DNA of 64,000 nt from Nitrosopumilus sp. (GCA_965204345.1 OZ241981.1:96001-160000), one strand, 5' to 3'. Positions 20,947 through 32,169 are shown, counted from the stretch's first letter. The notes: generated by a model from the letters alone, not told the origin. Numbers and translations are program-made.

Positions 20947-23505
20947 CTAGCTCCAAAAGAACTCGTCCAATCCTGTCTGTTTTGGCTTTCCCAGCATTGT
21001 ATCAAAATCCAAATCCATTGATGCGGTGATTTGCTCCAACGTTGATTCCATAAATTCCATGTATTTTTTAGAATCTATCTCCTCCTTTTTGGCCAGCTCT
21101 ACTGGTTTTACCCCCGGCTTGTTTAGAATTTTAACAAATGAGATTCTGTCCCCCTTTTTTATTTCCCTAACTGATTCTAGCTGTTTTGCAGCCCTGATGT
21201 GCTGTGGAATTGTCTTGACGTACTCTGATGGAGCCTTGCTTAGCATTACATTAAATGTTAATTCCTCTAATGGGATCTCCTTTGCCTCTATTTTTTTGCC
21301 ACACGTTGCAATCTTTTCTGAAATTTCCTGTTTTGCCTTTACAAAGTCTTCTGTGGTCTGAACCTTGGATAAGACATCAATTAGCTCATAGAATAAATTT
21401 TTGATAAATGCTGGGGTGTGTGATTTTTTGCCTGTTAATCCCTTGACGTCCACTTTGCCTGATTTTGTTACTCCCAGATAGTTCTTCTTTCTGTTGCTTA
21501 GCACGCAGTATCTGTATGTTTTGTCAATCTCCAAATCTACCCCGTGATCTTTTTTTGCCTGCTCTATTACAGCTTGAATCTGTTCTTGAGTTGGGTTTTT
21601 AATAAAAAGCGAGTCTGTATCCCCGTACAGGACCTCTATTTTTGCCTCTTCGCATTTTTTAATTGTCTCCAAAATCGTGTGCCTCCCAATTGCAGTCGTT
21701 GCCTCTGCTGCTGGCAGAAAGTACAGTGGAAATATCTCCGCACCCATTACCCCATAGCTGGCATTTAAAATTACTTTGAGTGCCTGGCTGACTACCGTAT
21801 ATTGCTGCCTTTGATCCTCAGTTAGCGTGTCCTTCTTTGATAGGCTCTTGTAGTAATTTACACGCAGGTCCCTCAGCGAGCCTATGATCATAGATGTTAG
21901 GCCGTTCTTCTTTGTACATGCCCAGTGGTTTGTCTGCGGAATGGTGTTTCTTTTACACCCCTCGTGGGGACATCTTACCGTCTCATATGACAGGTTTCGA
22001 ACTTTGATGATGCTTGGATACAGGCTGGCAAAATCCATTACGACGACATCAAAATGAATTCCTTCCTTTGGTTCAACAACAAGCCCTCCACGGTACTTTT
22101 TGTCTTTGATTACTGCATCTGACATGACCCCTTCTGATCTTCTTTCTAGTTCCTCTCGTTTTGGAATTAAACAGTCTCTGCGTCTGTGCTCGTAATATAG
22201 CAGGCTTCGAATCCATTGCGATACTCCCATTCTTGCAATGTCGTCAATGGGCATTCTTCCAATCCTTGCAATGATTACAAGCAGGTCCATCAGCAAGTCC
22301 CTGTTAAAGCTGGTCAACTCGTATGTTAGCAGGGCGTCATTGTAACAGTAATTGGCAGTCTGATAAAGGGACAGTTCGTCAAATTCTAATCCATAATCTA
22401 TCTTCTCTTTGCCTAGCAATGCCTTTGATACGCTGTTTAGGGAAAAATCAGTGTATTTTTGACTGAAAGCATAAATTTGAAATGAGCGATTTGAGAGAAC
22501 TTTGTACAAATCAAGATGGACTCCCTCCTTGAGGGTTGCCGAATCCCTCATCATGTATAGCGGGTTCTCTGAGTTTTTTATTCCCAGTATGTTTGCCCTG
22601 TTGTACAGGTATGGCAAGTCAAAATCATCTCCGTTATATGTTAGAACAAACGGAAATGTCCTGATAATTTCAAATGCGTCCTGAATCATTTCTTTTTCCT
22701 TATCCAAATCATAAAACGTTACCTTGATGTTTTGGCCTAGTTCGTTTGTTCCTTCCTTGGTTCCCTTGGTTCTGAGTACAAAAATCTGATCAAACCCATC
22801 TGATCCCTTTAGTCCTATGGCCGTGATTTTTTTTTCTGCAATTTTTGGGTCTGGTATTCTGCCAATCTCTGCCTCCACTTCGATATCCACGCCGAGTCTT
22901 TTGATCTTTGGGATTGGCTGGTTTAGCAAGTCTGCCCATTCGGAGATGTATCTCTTGAATTCTTCTGCATCAACCATGCTTTTGCTGTCCACCTTGTCCC
23001 ATAACAGGCTCTTTAGTGCAAGCTTGACTTGATCAGAAATTTCTAAATCATGCTGCTGTACTTTGCCCCCTTTTATTTCATAATACTTTCCAACGATTAT
23101 CTTTCTATCGTACAAATAATTCTCATAATACTTGATATTTGATTCCCATGTCTCTATTACGTTTCTGATGCTCTTGTCTCCTGCCGTGCCCCCAATTACA
23201 AGCGGATCTGCTACGATAATTTTTGACATGTTTATCTTGCTGTCCTTGATCAAATCATACCTCTGGACTGTCTTGATTTCGAGTACATCGTCTCTCTCTT
23301 GTAGGAAATCCAACTCATCTGATGCCAGCCTTGAATAGCAGTATGGCTTGTGCCCGACCTCGTCTTTCCATAAAAATAATTTTTTAGATTCTGGCTCGTA
23401 AAATTTCAGCACGGCTGATTTTGAGATATTGTCATATGTTGCTGATACTAGCATCGATGCTGGCATTGATTCAATCTTTTTAGTCTCAGGCAAACTTGCT
23501 TGCAT
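20947..23505 (-). CDS. polB: family B DNA polymerase (PolB1)
   Basis: Exo DIEVE and YNGDDFDLPYL; polymerase motifs DFASLYPSII, KVILNASYG, YGDTDS; no intein-sized insertion. Confidence 0.96.
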   Translation of the reverse strand: MQASLPETKKIESMPASMLVSATYDNISKSAVLKFYEPESKKLFLWKDEVGHKPYCYSRLASDELDFLQERDDVLEIKTVQRYDLIKDSKINMSKIIVADPLVIGGTAGDKSIRNVIETWESNIKYYENYLYDRKIIVGKYYEIKGGKVQQHDLEISDQVKLALKSLLWDKVDSKSMVDAEEFKRYISEWADLLNQPIPKIKRLGVDIEVEAEIGRIPDPKIAEKKITAIGLKGSDGFDQIFVLRTKGTKEGTNELGQNIKVTFYDLDKEKEMIQDAFEIIRTFPFVLTYNGDDFDLPYLYNRANILGIKNSENPLYMMRDSATLKEGVHLDLYKVLSNRSFQIYAFSQKYTDFSLNSVSKALLGKEKIDYGLEFDELSLYQTANYCYNDALLTYELTSFNRDLLMDLLVIIARIGRMPIDDIARMGVSQWIRSLLYYEHRRRDCLIPKREELERRSEGVMSDAVIKDKKYRGGLVVEPKEGIHFDVVVMDFASLYPSIIKVRNLSYETVRCPHEGCKRNTIPQTNHWACTKKNGLTSMIIGSLRDLRVNYYKSLSKKDTLTEDQRQQYTVVSQALKVILNASYGVMGAEIFPLYFLPAAEATTAIGRHTILETIKKCEEAKIEVLYGDTDSLFIKNPTQEQIQAVIEQAKKDHGVDLEIDKTYRYCVLSNRKKNYLGVTKSGKVDVKGLTGKKSHTPAFIKNLFYELIDVLSKVQTTEDFVKAKQEISEKIATCGKKIEAKEIPLEELTFNVMLSKAPSEYVKTIPQHIRAAKQLESVREIKKGDRISFVKILNKPGVKPVELAKKEEIDSKKYMEFMESTLEQITASMDLDFDTMLGKPKQTGLDEFFWS

Positions 23506-23509
23506 CTTC

Positions 23510-24037
23510 TCACTCTGATTCTTCGTATCTGCTTACGAGCTCCCTTCCCCACTTTGCAATTTTGTCTTTGTCCATGCTAACCACTCTCACTCCAGCTTCT
23601 TTTAGCAGGTCATAATCTGTCTCCGGATATGAATCCAAGCAAACAAATTTTTTAATTCCTATGGTTATTGCCATTTTTGTGCACTCCAAGCACGGAACAA
23701 ACGTCGTGTATAAAACGGCTCCTTCTACTCCTGCCTCTATCCCTAAAATTGCACAGTGCATGATTGCATTGGCTTCTGCATGGTTGCAAAGGCATCTGTC
23801 AAGTGATTCTCCTGGTTTGATTTTTCCTTCCATTCTAAGCTGGCATCTTTTGCATCCTCCCTCAAAACAATTTTTGATTCCAGGCGGCGTTCCATTGTAT
23901 CCTGTTGCAAGCTGTCTGTGATTTCTGACAATCACTGCTCCTACCTGCCTTGCCATGCAGTTTGAGCGAAGCTTGGCAAGTTCTGCTTGGAGCATAAAAT
24001 ATTCGTCCCAATTGGGTCTGTTAAAAGGACTGTTCAC
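23510..24037 (-). CDS. dCMP deaminase family protein
   Basis: RPNWDEYFM, RSNC..RQVGAV, GYNG, HAEANA...PCLEC. Confidence 0.92.
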   Translation of the reverse strand: MNSPFNRPNWDEYFMLQAELAKLRSNCMARQVGAVIVRNHRQLATGYNGTPPGIKNCFEGGCKRCQLRMEGKIKPGESLDRCLCNHAEANAIMHCAILGIEAGVEGAVLYTTFVPCLECTKMAITIGIKKFVCLDSYPETDYDLLKEAGVRVVSMDKDKIAKWGRELVSRYEESE

Positions 24038-24289
24038 ACGAGTATTCTTTGTTCGTTCAATATATGGATCACGCTAGTTTAAATCCCGTCTGCGATCAGA
24101 CGCTGTGACAAATAGTGGATTGCAGCAGGCACTGATGATTACCTGACAGTAACATAAGAGATATACAAAACTGATGAGACAATAACTGAAATTCCGATAA
24201 TTATGCCTAGCTCTTTTTTTGAAAACACGCTTGCCCTAAAACTCATAATCCTCTTTGTCCTTTGTCAACTTAAGCATATTGGGGTCTGC

Positions 24290-24489
24290 AGCTTGCAAAT
24301 TAATGAATACCTTGGAGTTTGAAATCACCATCATCTCTGCTGCTTTGATTGGCATGCTCTATCTCTTTTTTTTGAAATATCCTATATCTCCTTGTGATGC
24401 CGGGCTTTTAAATGATCTAAAAATTCTTCCTCCTGAACCTCATTGTGTCTGTAGTTACATTCTGTAAAAATACAATCAAAGTTCAACAA
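24290..24489 (-). pseudogene. decayed small Cys/His (C2H2-like) hypothetical protein
   Basis: LNFDCIFTECNYRHNEVQEEEFLDHLK, then a frameshift and an in-frame stop, then MPIKAAEMMVISNSKVFIN; resembles a small Nitrosopumilus protein (recollection only). Confidence 0.45.
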
Positions 24490-24687
24490 TCTGCATCCTC
24501 CTTGGCTCCTTTTAAGAATGATAATATTCTTCATTGCCGTATGTATGTGCAAAAGTCTTCATTTTTGCTGATTTTGGCATAAAGTTCGTCATTTTTACGC
24601 ACGGTTTTCTTTAGTGGAGAATGTAATGGTATGCGTTAGCTAATAATTGACTACACGAAAGCATAAAATCCACAAATTAGATTCTTT

Positions 24688-26205
24688 TTGTATATGATGG
24701 CAAAGTTTGTAGAAAAAAAGTATATTAAAAAAAACTCTATTGAAAAACGTGATTACCAAGTAAATCTTGCAAATCAGGCCATTGGTGAGAACTGTGTTGT
24801 TGTTTTGCCCACCGGTCTTGGAAAGACTGCCGTTGCATTACATGTGATTTCAGAATACCTCTCAAAAGGGACCGGTGGGATTTTGTTCTTGGCGCCTACA
24901 CGTGTTCTTGTAAACCAGCACTATGATTTTCTAAAAAGCAGTCTGACCCTAGATGACATCTCCTTGATCACAGGCGAGGATGCAATTGAAAAAAGAACAA
25001 GGCTTTGGAATAACAGTGTTGTGTGTGCGACCCCTGAAATTGCAAGAAATGACCTGAATCGCAAAATTGTCTCCTCTGATCAATTTAACCTTGTGGTCTT
25101 TGATGAGGTTCATAGAACCGTTGGGGATTATGCCTACTCTGGAATTGCCCAATGGTTTGAAAACTCCCCGGCGCGGCTAGTTGGAATGACTGCCACCCTT
25201 CCCAGTGAAAAAGACAAGGCTGCTGAAATCTTAACAAAGCTACGAATTTCAAGTGTTGCAGAACGCACAGAAAACAGCCCTGATGTAAAACCCTACACGC
25301 AGCAAACCAACACAGAGTGGATAAATGTGGAATTGCCCCCGGAACTCAAATCCATTCAAGCACTACTAAAGTTAGCACTAAATGAAAGGTATGATGTTTT
25401 ACAAAAAAATGGCATTCGTTTGACAGAACAACAATCCCTTTCTGCGCTGCTTCGAGTCAGACAGTTTGTATTAAATCAGAATCGGCGCTCTGCAAAGCCC
25501 CTGTTTGCCGGAATTCGAATCCATTATGCCTTAAACATACTTGAGGCTCATGGAATTACGCCTTTTTTGAAATTTTGTGACAGAGCAAAGGCCAAAAAGG
25601 GCGTTGGCATCAAGGACCTATTTGAGGCTGATCCTAATTTTACACGAGCAATCCATCTGGCAAAAGCCGCACAATCCCGCGGAATTGAACACTCTAAAAT
25701 TCCCAAGCTAAAGGAGATTATTGAATCCGTTCCCGGCAAGGCCTTGATTTTTACAAGCTATAGGGATTCAGTTGATCTAATTTTTACAGAACTGACAAAG
25801 CTGGGAATCCCTGCCGGCATTCTGATAGGCAAAGCAGGTGATACGGGACTAAAGCAAAAAAAGCAGATTGAGACCGTACAAAATTTCCGTGACGGCGTAT
25901 TTCAAGTGCTGGTTGCAACTCGTGTGGGAGAGGAAGGACTAGACATTGCCGAAGTAAACCAGGTTATTTTTTATGACAACGTTCCAAGCTCCGTTAGGTT
26001 TATCCAAAGACGGGGAAGAACAGGCAGAAAGGATACTGGCAAGCTTGTAGTTCTTATTGCCAAAAATACCATTGATGAGACGTATTACTGGATTGGCAGG
26101 CGAAAGATGGCTGCCGCTAAATCCATGGGTGAGAAGATGACCCAAGTTTTGGAAAAAAATCAGAAAATTGAATCTGAAAAGACCGGGCTGGATGCATTTC
26201 TTTAA
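24688..26205 (+). CDS. Hef/FANCM/Mph1-like DEAH helicase (no C-terminal nuclease domain)
   Basis: RDYQ, LPTGLGKT, DEVH, GMTAT, VGEEGLDI, QRRGRTGR; start probably ATG 24694 or 24697. Confidence 0.92.
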   Translation: MYMMAKFVEKKYIKKNSIEKRDYQVNLANQAIGENCVVVLPTGLGKTAVALHVISEYLSKGTGGILFLAPTRVLVNQHYDFLKSSLTLDDISLITGEDAIEKRTRLWNNSVVCATPEIARNDLNRKIVSSDQFNLVVFDEVHRTVGDYAYSGIAQWFENSPARLVGMTATLPSEKDKAAEILTKLRISSVAERTENSPDVKPYTQQTNTEWINVELPPELKSIQALLKLALNERYDVLQKNGIRLTEQQSLSALLRVRQFVLNQNRRSAKPLFAGIRIHYALNILEAHGITPFLKFCDRAKAKKGVGIKDLFEADPNFTRAIHLAKAAQSRGIEHSKIPKLKEIIESVPGKALIFTSYRDSVDLIFTELTKLGIPAGILIGKAGDTGLKQKKQIETVQNFRDGVFQVLVATRVGEEGLDIAEVNQVIFYDNVPSSVRFIQRRGRTGRKDTGKLVVLIAKNTIDETYYWIGRRKMAAAKSMGEKMTQVLEKNQKIESEKTGLDAFL

Positions 26206-26471
26206 TTTCTGTACTGCCTGGATATTTTATCAAAAATAATCTGTCTTCTCTGAATTATCTTATTTTTAATTCCTGATTCCAAGTGATGTATGCTGCTGTG
26301 TTTTGCAACAAGTAAATTCTCCAGTCTGACTTCAAATTGACTTTGAAGAAAATCCTCTGCCCCCTGATAGCCTCCCTCCAACTCCAAACTCTCAAATGTG
26401 TCTTTTGCCAGATTGGCTATGGATTTATCTAGATATTCTAAAATCTCCTCTAATGCGTTTTCAGTAAGCAT
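26202..26471 (-). CDS. hypothetical protein
   Basis: 89-aa ORF with ATG start and helical composition, convergent with the helicase. Confidence 0.75.
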   Translation of the reverse strand: MLTENALEEILEYLDKSIANLAKDTFESLELEGGYQGAEDFLQSQFEVRLENLLVAKHSSIHHLESGIKNKIIQRRQIIFDKISRQYRN

Positions 26472-26719
26472 ATGTCATTTTTTCTCCTGGCATGCAAAAA
26501 TGTTTTGTATCTTGCTTTGGCTTTTTCAGATGCAGAAATTGACAAAAACCCCCCCAAATTCTGTTTTGTGTTATTGTCATTTTTGACACATCAAAAGCCA
26601 TGGGGTGTTTTGGCAGAAAAAGAAGAGAAACCTGATAAAGAAATTCATGATGATTTTGAAAAAAAGTCAGACAAAAAACTCATGATGGCTTAGAAAATCA
26701 GACCGCCTGAAACTTTAGT

Positions 26720-26998
26720 TCATCCTAGCCTTTTGATGATGTGGTATCCAAATTCTGTCTTAACTGGATTTGATAGTTCTCCAACTTGCAGTTTGAATGC
26801 CGCATCTTCAAACGGTTTTACCATCATTCCCTTGGTAAAATATCCCAAGTTGCCTTCTTTTTTACCGCTCCCTGTGTCTATTGAGAATTCCTTGGCCAAC
26901 TTGCCAAATTTTTCCCCATTCTTGATCTTTTCTAATATTTCTAGAGATTGGCTCTGCTTTTTGACTAGAATATGGGAGCACTTGATTTTATTGCTCAT
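26720..26998 (-). CDS. parvulin-type peptidyl-prolyl isomerase
   Basis: CSHILVK, FGKLAKEFSID, GNLGYF..G.MVKPFE.AAF, KTEFGYHIIK. Confidence 0.95.
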   Translation of the reverse strand: MSNKIKCSHILVKKQSQSLEILEKIKNGEKFGKLAKEFSIDTGSGKKEGNLGYFTKGMMVKPFEDAAFKLQVGELSNPVKTEFGYHIIKRLG

Positions 26999-27451
26999 TT
27001 TTTACCTTGGATTATTCTGTATCTTAATTGTTTAGTTTTGTCTTTGCTTGTTCATATGGACAAACACATATTTTTTTATCAGTTCTGACTCATTTGATAT
27101 GCTGTGAGAATTCTTTACCCTAAAGATGCCTCTAAAGCAGGCCGAGTTTTTGCAGATATTTTGACTGGTAGACACTGATTTTGATTCTCTAGATGAAAGT
27201 GGCGCAACTTGCAACAGTGCGTATCATGCTGTGATCTGGCTTTACTTGATGTGCATGCATGCCAAAATATTCTGGGGCATATTTTCTTCTAGACCTAAAA
27301 CACATGCATGCATCCGGATTATCCAAAGCTGTAACTGTCATTGCACTAGTCTTCACTCTAGAACAAGGATTTGCTTTGTTTGGGAATTTGTTCTGTTTTA
27401 AGATAATCCCAACGGTTCACAGACTGTTTGGAAATTGAGCAAGCCGTCTTA

Positions 27452-27850
27452 CTAGTTTAAACCCCAGCTGATTTTGTTACTTGGTACTATCTTCAAAAAC
27501 GGCGCTTCCCCTTCTTTCCAAGGATCTCTTCTCACCCATTCAAATTTTTCAGAAAATATGCCATAAATTTTTCTAAATTCAGGGCCTTCTTCAACAATCT
27601 CCGTTCTTCCCTGAATGCATACTGCCTTGTGGTTTCCTGACTTGTAAATGTCCATGACAATTGCTGTATTTGCATTTGATTTTATGTTAAGATACGTTCT
27701 TGTTTTATAGTCTGTTGCTATGATAACTTGATCATCTATGACCACATATGATACTGGTTTTACATGCGGGATACCCTCATGCGTAGTTGCTATCCGAGCT
27801 TCCTCTAGTTGATTTAGAAATTCCGTCTCTTTTTGATTGAATTTAATCAA
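27452..27850 (-). CDS. pyridoxamine 5'-phosphate oxidase-like (split-barrel FMN/F420-binding) protein
   Basis: ARIATT..G.PHVKPV, NIKSN, VCIQGRTEI, I.P..ISWG. Confidence 0.85.
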   Translation of the reverse strand: MIKFNQKETEFLNQLEEARIATTHEGIPHVKPVSYVVIDDQVIIATDYKTRTYLNIKSNANTAIVMDIYKSGNHKAVCIQGRTEIVEEGPEFRKIYGIFSEKFEWVRRDPWKEGEAPFLKIVPSNKISWGLN

Positions 27851-28125
27851 CTGAAAATCCGTTCTCTTATTTCTGGTATGTGCCTGTATACGATGTCCCT
27901 TACCTTGATTTGATCTTCTTTAGTTGGTGCCTCTTTTTGTGAACTAAGAACCGCCCCGCCCATTCCTAGTGCCATTCCCATTACAATTCCATAAACAAAT
28001 TCCTGGGGGTCCTTTACTTTTAGAACCTTGGTGTTTTCTTTAATTTCATCCAAATATGCCGGAATCGTAGATACTGCCCCGTTGATAACTTGCATGATTA
28101 CTGCCTCTAGCTGATCTTCGCTCAT
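27847..28125 (-). CDS. hypothetical protein
   Basis: 92 aa, 4-bp overlap with the downstream gene. Confidence 0.8.
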   Translation of the reverse strand: MSEDQLEAVIMQVINGAVSTIPAYLDEIKENTKVLKVKDPQEFVYGIVMGMALGMGGAVLSSQKEAPTKEDQIKVRDIVYRHIPEIRERIFS

Positions 28126-28196
28126 GATTATGCTCTGATCGATTTCTTAATAAATTTGTGCCCAAGATTTTTAATCTCTTTTATCTGCTTTGAGAC

Positions 28197-28598
28197 ATGT
28201 TCTCGTTTTTTACTACAAATCAAGCAAATGATGCACTACCTGATGTTATAAAAAAATATGAATACTCTTTGGCAAAGAATAACGAAATTAAAAAAATTGA
28301 GCAAGAACTACAAATGACCGTTGCTACAACTAATTCTTTTGAAGCATATGTCAACCTCAAACAAAAACTAAACTCCGCAATTACTAAATTCTATGAATCC
28401 GTTGAAATTCTTGAAAATACGGGGGTGGTTGTCAAAAGCATTGAACAGGGACTGCTTGATTTTCCATCAAAACGATTTGATGAAGAAGTTTGGCTCTGTT
28501 GGAAATATGGTGAAACTGAAATTAAATTCTGGCATGAAAAAGATTCGGGATTTATGGGCAGAAAGCCAATTAAAGTCAATGATGACTCTCTAGTTTGA
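28197..28598 (+). CDS. DUF2203 family protein
   Basis: FT..QAN.ALP, GVVVK..EQGLLDFP, LCWKYGE.EI.FWH...GF.GRKPI. Confidence 0.88.
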   Translation: MFSFFTTNQANDALPDVIKKYEYSLAKNNEIKKIEQELQMTVATTNSFEAYVNLKQKLNSAITKFYESVEILENTGVVVKSIEQGLLDFPSKRFDEEVWLCWKYGETEIKFWHEKDSGFMGRKPIKVNDDSLV

Positions 28599-28726
28599 TA
28601 ATCTGCCCCTCGTCTCTTTGGAGATGATGATGCACTGCGGGTCTTGGAATTAAAAATCGTCTCTTATGCCATATGATCTTCTTGTCCTTGCATATAGTTA
28701 GTTGCCATACTCTAGATAAGATATAG

Positions 28727-29278
28727 TCATACCAAGTCAAATAAAATTATTTCAATATCATTGATATTCTCATCAAACTCTATAATCAGAGTAATATTGC
28801 CTGAATCATCCAAAGTTTTAGAATAAACGACCGCCTCTTCGTTATTGATTAAAACAAATACATCCTCATCAGGCTCATTTGAAATAAATCCAAAAGGCAA
28901 CAATATTTCTAACTGGCCCGATCTATTCCACGAATCAACATCCAAATTTAGTATTGGAGAGTCAACCGCTACCGCTATATTGCTAATTGAGCCTGCTGTT
29001 ATTTTATACGAGACAGAAAATAGCTCGTCATTATATGGAGATGTCAACTCTACTGTTCTATATGATAGTACATCCCATTGTAACTTCTCAGCAGTTGATT
29101 CGTAGACACATGCAAGATTCTCATTGGGCCTAAGAACTAAGAGCATTTTATCGCTGCATACTATGTCCTCAGGGTCCAGACCCATCAGGATTTGACTCTT
29201 CAGTGATAATTCCTCTGAATGCACATCATTAACTGCAAATATCAAAAGAAAAAAAGATAGTATGATTGCCTGTTTCAT
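28727..29278 (-). CDS. secreted protein with N-terminal Cys-pair module and PEFG-protein-like beta domain
   Basis: Signal peptide; DIVC...LACV..TAEKLQW module; YKITAGSISNI...LEILLP...FVLIN...IEII. Confidence 0.75.
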   Translation of the reverse strand: MKQAIILSFFLLIFAVNDVHSEELSLKSQILMGLDPEDIVCSDKMLLVLRPNENLACVYESTAEKLQWDVLSYRTVELTSPYNDELFSVSYKITAGSISNIAVAVDSPILNLDVDSWNRSGQLEILLPFGFISNEPDEDVFVLINNEEAVVYSKTLDDSGNITLIIEFDENINDIEIILFDLV

Positions 29279-29370
29279 GTCTTGGATTCAGGTTGAATCT
29301 TATAAATGAATATACCTTCATTGCAGAATACCTTATTGAGTCACTTGCTGATTTAATCATGTCAAACAAT

Positions 29371-29820
29371 TCAGCGTTATTGCCAGATGATCTAGATGAT
29401 CTAAAACAGCTGGAGGACTCTAACCACATAAACAAATTAAACCATGGAGACAGAGCCTGCATAACCGGGAAGCTCAAGTATCAATGCCAAAGTTCCAAAT
29501 AACTGAAAAATATGTTCATAACGGAGCACTAGCGATTCTTGGAATGTTAGATGCATTTAATTCAAAAAATGCCTATCTTTAAGGAATTGCATATATTTTT
29601 CCAGATAACAATCCATACGTGAGTGCTACAACACAGGACACATTCATAGACGTAAATGAAGAAGGGACAGAAGCGGTTGCTACAACAAGTACCCTGACAA
29701 CTACCACAACTGCACACCACCACCTCTCCACAATTTATTGCAGATCATCCGTTTTTGCTTATAATTGGGGATAATGAGAGCGGTACGATTTTGTTTATGG
29801 GTAGGATATCTCATCTGTAA
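29371..29820 (+). pseudogene. serpin (serine protease inhibitor) C-terminal remnant
   Basis: LLPDDLDDLKQLEDS, VSMPKF...LGMLDAF, stop TAA 29580-29582, QDTFIDVNEEGTEAVA hinge, frameshift, FIADHPFLLII.D.ESGTILFMGRI serpin signature. Confidence 0.85.
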
Positions 29821-29830
29821 ACAGTAGTTG

Positions 29831-29880
29831 CAATTTACTGTTAAATTCCGTTATCAGATAATCAAAATGTACCAAATCCA
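29831..29880. mobile_element. partial (right-end) copy of MITE-like repeat family 1
   Basis: CAATTTACTGTTAAATTCCGTTATCAGATAATCAAAATGTACCAAATCCA matches 6341-6390 and 47859-47908. Confidence 0.6.
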
Positions 29881-29952
29881 TGTGAAATCTTGATGTTTCC
29901 AGAAAGCCATCTGCTAATCATTCTTAATAACAACGCATACCCACACTATCTA

Positions 29953-31506
29953 ATGGTTAGAATCCTACTGCTAGGGTTTTTGGTTTTGACCACCGTAATG
30001 GTGATAATGGCGGTGCCAGCATATGCTGCATACCCTGTCTTGCCATTGGATCAGCATCAGTCAGACATATCAATGGATATGATTCAGTGCAATGACGGCA
30101 AGCTTCTGATGATGACTTTTGCAGGCAAGCCAGTATGCGTAACTAGTGATTCTACAATGCAGTTAGCAGACAGGGGCTATGCCACGGCATACACACCAGA
30201 AACATCCCAAAAAGCCAATGAATCCTTGAATGAAAAGATCACAAACCAGACAGACACGCATGTATTTACTGACAAAGAAAAGCAGATTATTGCTGATTAC
30301 AGAGAATCTTCAATGTTATCATCAGAACCTTCAATTCTTATACACATGTATTCTATAGAACTACCAACATTGCCCAAAGTGGGTCAGACTGCCTTGGTAA
30401 ATTTTACTGGTGTTTATACTGATAAGGTAAATTTTGAACCATACAAGGAACCATTCACACTAAAAGTATTTTCTGGTACTGAGGACAAAGTTCGGTTTCT
30501 TGATGACGCCGTAACAAACGCAGGAACTGATGATCCAGATGTATTTGTGCCATTTGATAATGATGTTGGATATGTGGTAAATGATCCCGTGCTAGGTAGG
30601 GCTTATACCGTACTGGTTACTGTAGAAATTCTAGAAGAAGGATTTATTCACATTAATGCACTTAGATTTAATGGTGCAGAAAATAATATTGGTCGCTACT
30701 TTGCGATATCTGATGAGCATTCTATGATCATAGGTGAGTATATTGATGAGGGATACACTTTTCTGGATCACACCATTGTAGATTTGTACTCTAATATCGA
30801 ACATTTTACACGTGAGGATAAAATTCTCTCGACGGCAACACATGCTAGATCTCTGCGAGTTTGGGGTGAGATGTATAATATGGAACTTTACCCAGATACT
30901 GATGGTGTAATTCAGGCACTTACTAATATGCGTCTTCCATTGGATGATGCAGAACGTGTTTTAAATTATACAAATTTTACGTCAGCGCAAGTTGCCAACA
31001 TCTTGGAAAGATACAAATCAAATCACACTACATCATCAGATGTATCGTCATCCTCTGACCAGCCATTGACTCAGTCACATGGATCTCATGACGGCTGTGG
31101 CAACTATAGGATATTTTTAAAAAAAATCAGCAGTGGTGATATAGTCTGTGTGTTTGTTCCTACTGCTGAAAAACTGATAATTCGAGGCTGGGGTGATATG
31201 ACTCATGAGCCTCATGATATTGAGATTAGTTTTGAAACATTGTACAAGATTGAGCCAGGGCAGGTAAGAACTCCTTTTAATCGTGACTCGGCTGCTATGC
31301 TTGAAGGTGCAAATGAACAATTTTATGATTATTTACATAAATGCAGGCTTGGCACATCTATTGCAAATGAGGATATTCCACCTGAGGGCATTCCAGGAGG
31401 ATGCATCATTTATTTCCCAACTCTACACTTTGAGTTTAAGGATTTTGTATCGATACTGCGCCACAATGACACATTAAGCTGGTTGGATCGTGATAAATTT
31501 TCATAA
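29953..31506 (+). CDS. secreted hypothetical protein with two Cys-pair modules
   Basis: Signal peptide MVRILLLGFL...AYA; IQCNDG...KPVCV...LADRGY and GC...IVCV..PTAEKLIIRGW. Confidence 0.78.
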   Translation: MVRILLLGFLVLTTVMVIMAVPAYAAYPVLPLDQHQSDISMDMIQCNDGKLLMMTFAGKPVCVTSDSTMQLADRGYATAYTPETSQKANESLNEKITNQTDTHVFTDKEKQIIADYRESSMLSSEPSILIHMYSIELPTLPKVGQTALVNFTGVYTDKVNFEPYKEPFTLKVFSGTEDKVRFLDDAVTNAGTDDPDVFVPFDNDVGYVVNDPVLGRAYTVLVTVEILEEGFIHINALRFNGAENNIGRYFAISDEHSMIIGEYIDEGYTFLDHTIVDLYSNIEHFTREDKILSTATHARSLRVWGEMYNMELYPDTDGVIQALTNMRLPLDDAERVLNYTNFTSAQVANILERYKSNHTTSSDVSSSSDQPLTQSHGSHDGCGNYRIFLKKISSGDIVCVFVPTAEKLIIRGWGDMTHEPHDIEISFETLYKIEPGQVRTPFNRDSAAMLEGANEQFYDYLHKCRLGTSIANEDIPPEGIPGGCIIYFPTLHFEFKDFVSILRHNDTLSWLDRDKFS

Positions 31507-32169
31507 AGTCTTTTTCTGAACCTGAGATCCTACGTTCATTTTTTTGCATTCAAGGCCATACCCAAGATTTTACTGTTGAGGTGATTTCTTTCTTGCAAAA
31601 CTTTGAATTTTTCTCCTTCCTCGTCTTTTATTGTTGTTACACATGGACTTTTTTTTCTATTTTATATTTAGATATTAAAATGCCAACTCTCTGAATGCGA
31701 ATCTAAACACTGGCATCATGCTTCCTTAGTCATATTCATTAGTTTGTTATTTTTTTATACATGTGGCATTGTACAAGTAATTACTTTGCATACATGGTAA
31801 TTTTACAGTACCAAACCTGCATCTCTATGAATCTTGACAGATCTAGTCTGGATTAAAGAAACTTTGTTACAAGGCATTATGTTGAATTCTTTACTATGTG
31901 CCTCTGATGGCCAGTACCATTGCTAGTTTAGCTGCATCTGAAGGATCTGATATGTCATTTGATATAATTGCAACAGCTAAAAGTTATGCTGAATATAATG
32001 CAGTTTTACTGTAAATGTTGATGCACCTCAAAGAACACTTTATGCCGTTGATTTGGAACTTTCTTATGGGTAATTTGCATTGTCATTGGAACTGCTGTGG
32101 TGGACGTAATGGTATTTTTATTCTTCAAAAAATCTAGAGGCACATGTCAGAAGAATAAGCTGATGATGA

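Noticed and set aside
20947-23505. Intein in PolB, or a viral/casposon origin
   Set aside because: Length and motifs fit cellular PolB1 in an operon with tpiA and ppdK; no insertion and no cas1
26472-27450. Short ORFs 26472-26693 and 27032-27214 and CATGCATG palindromes
   Set aside because: No recognisable motifs; the palindromes are low-complexity and self-complementary by nature
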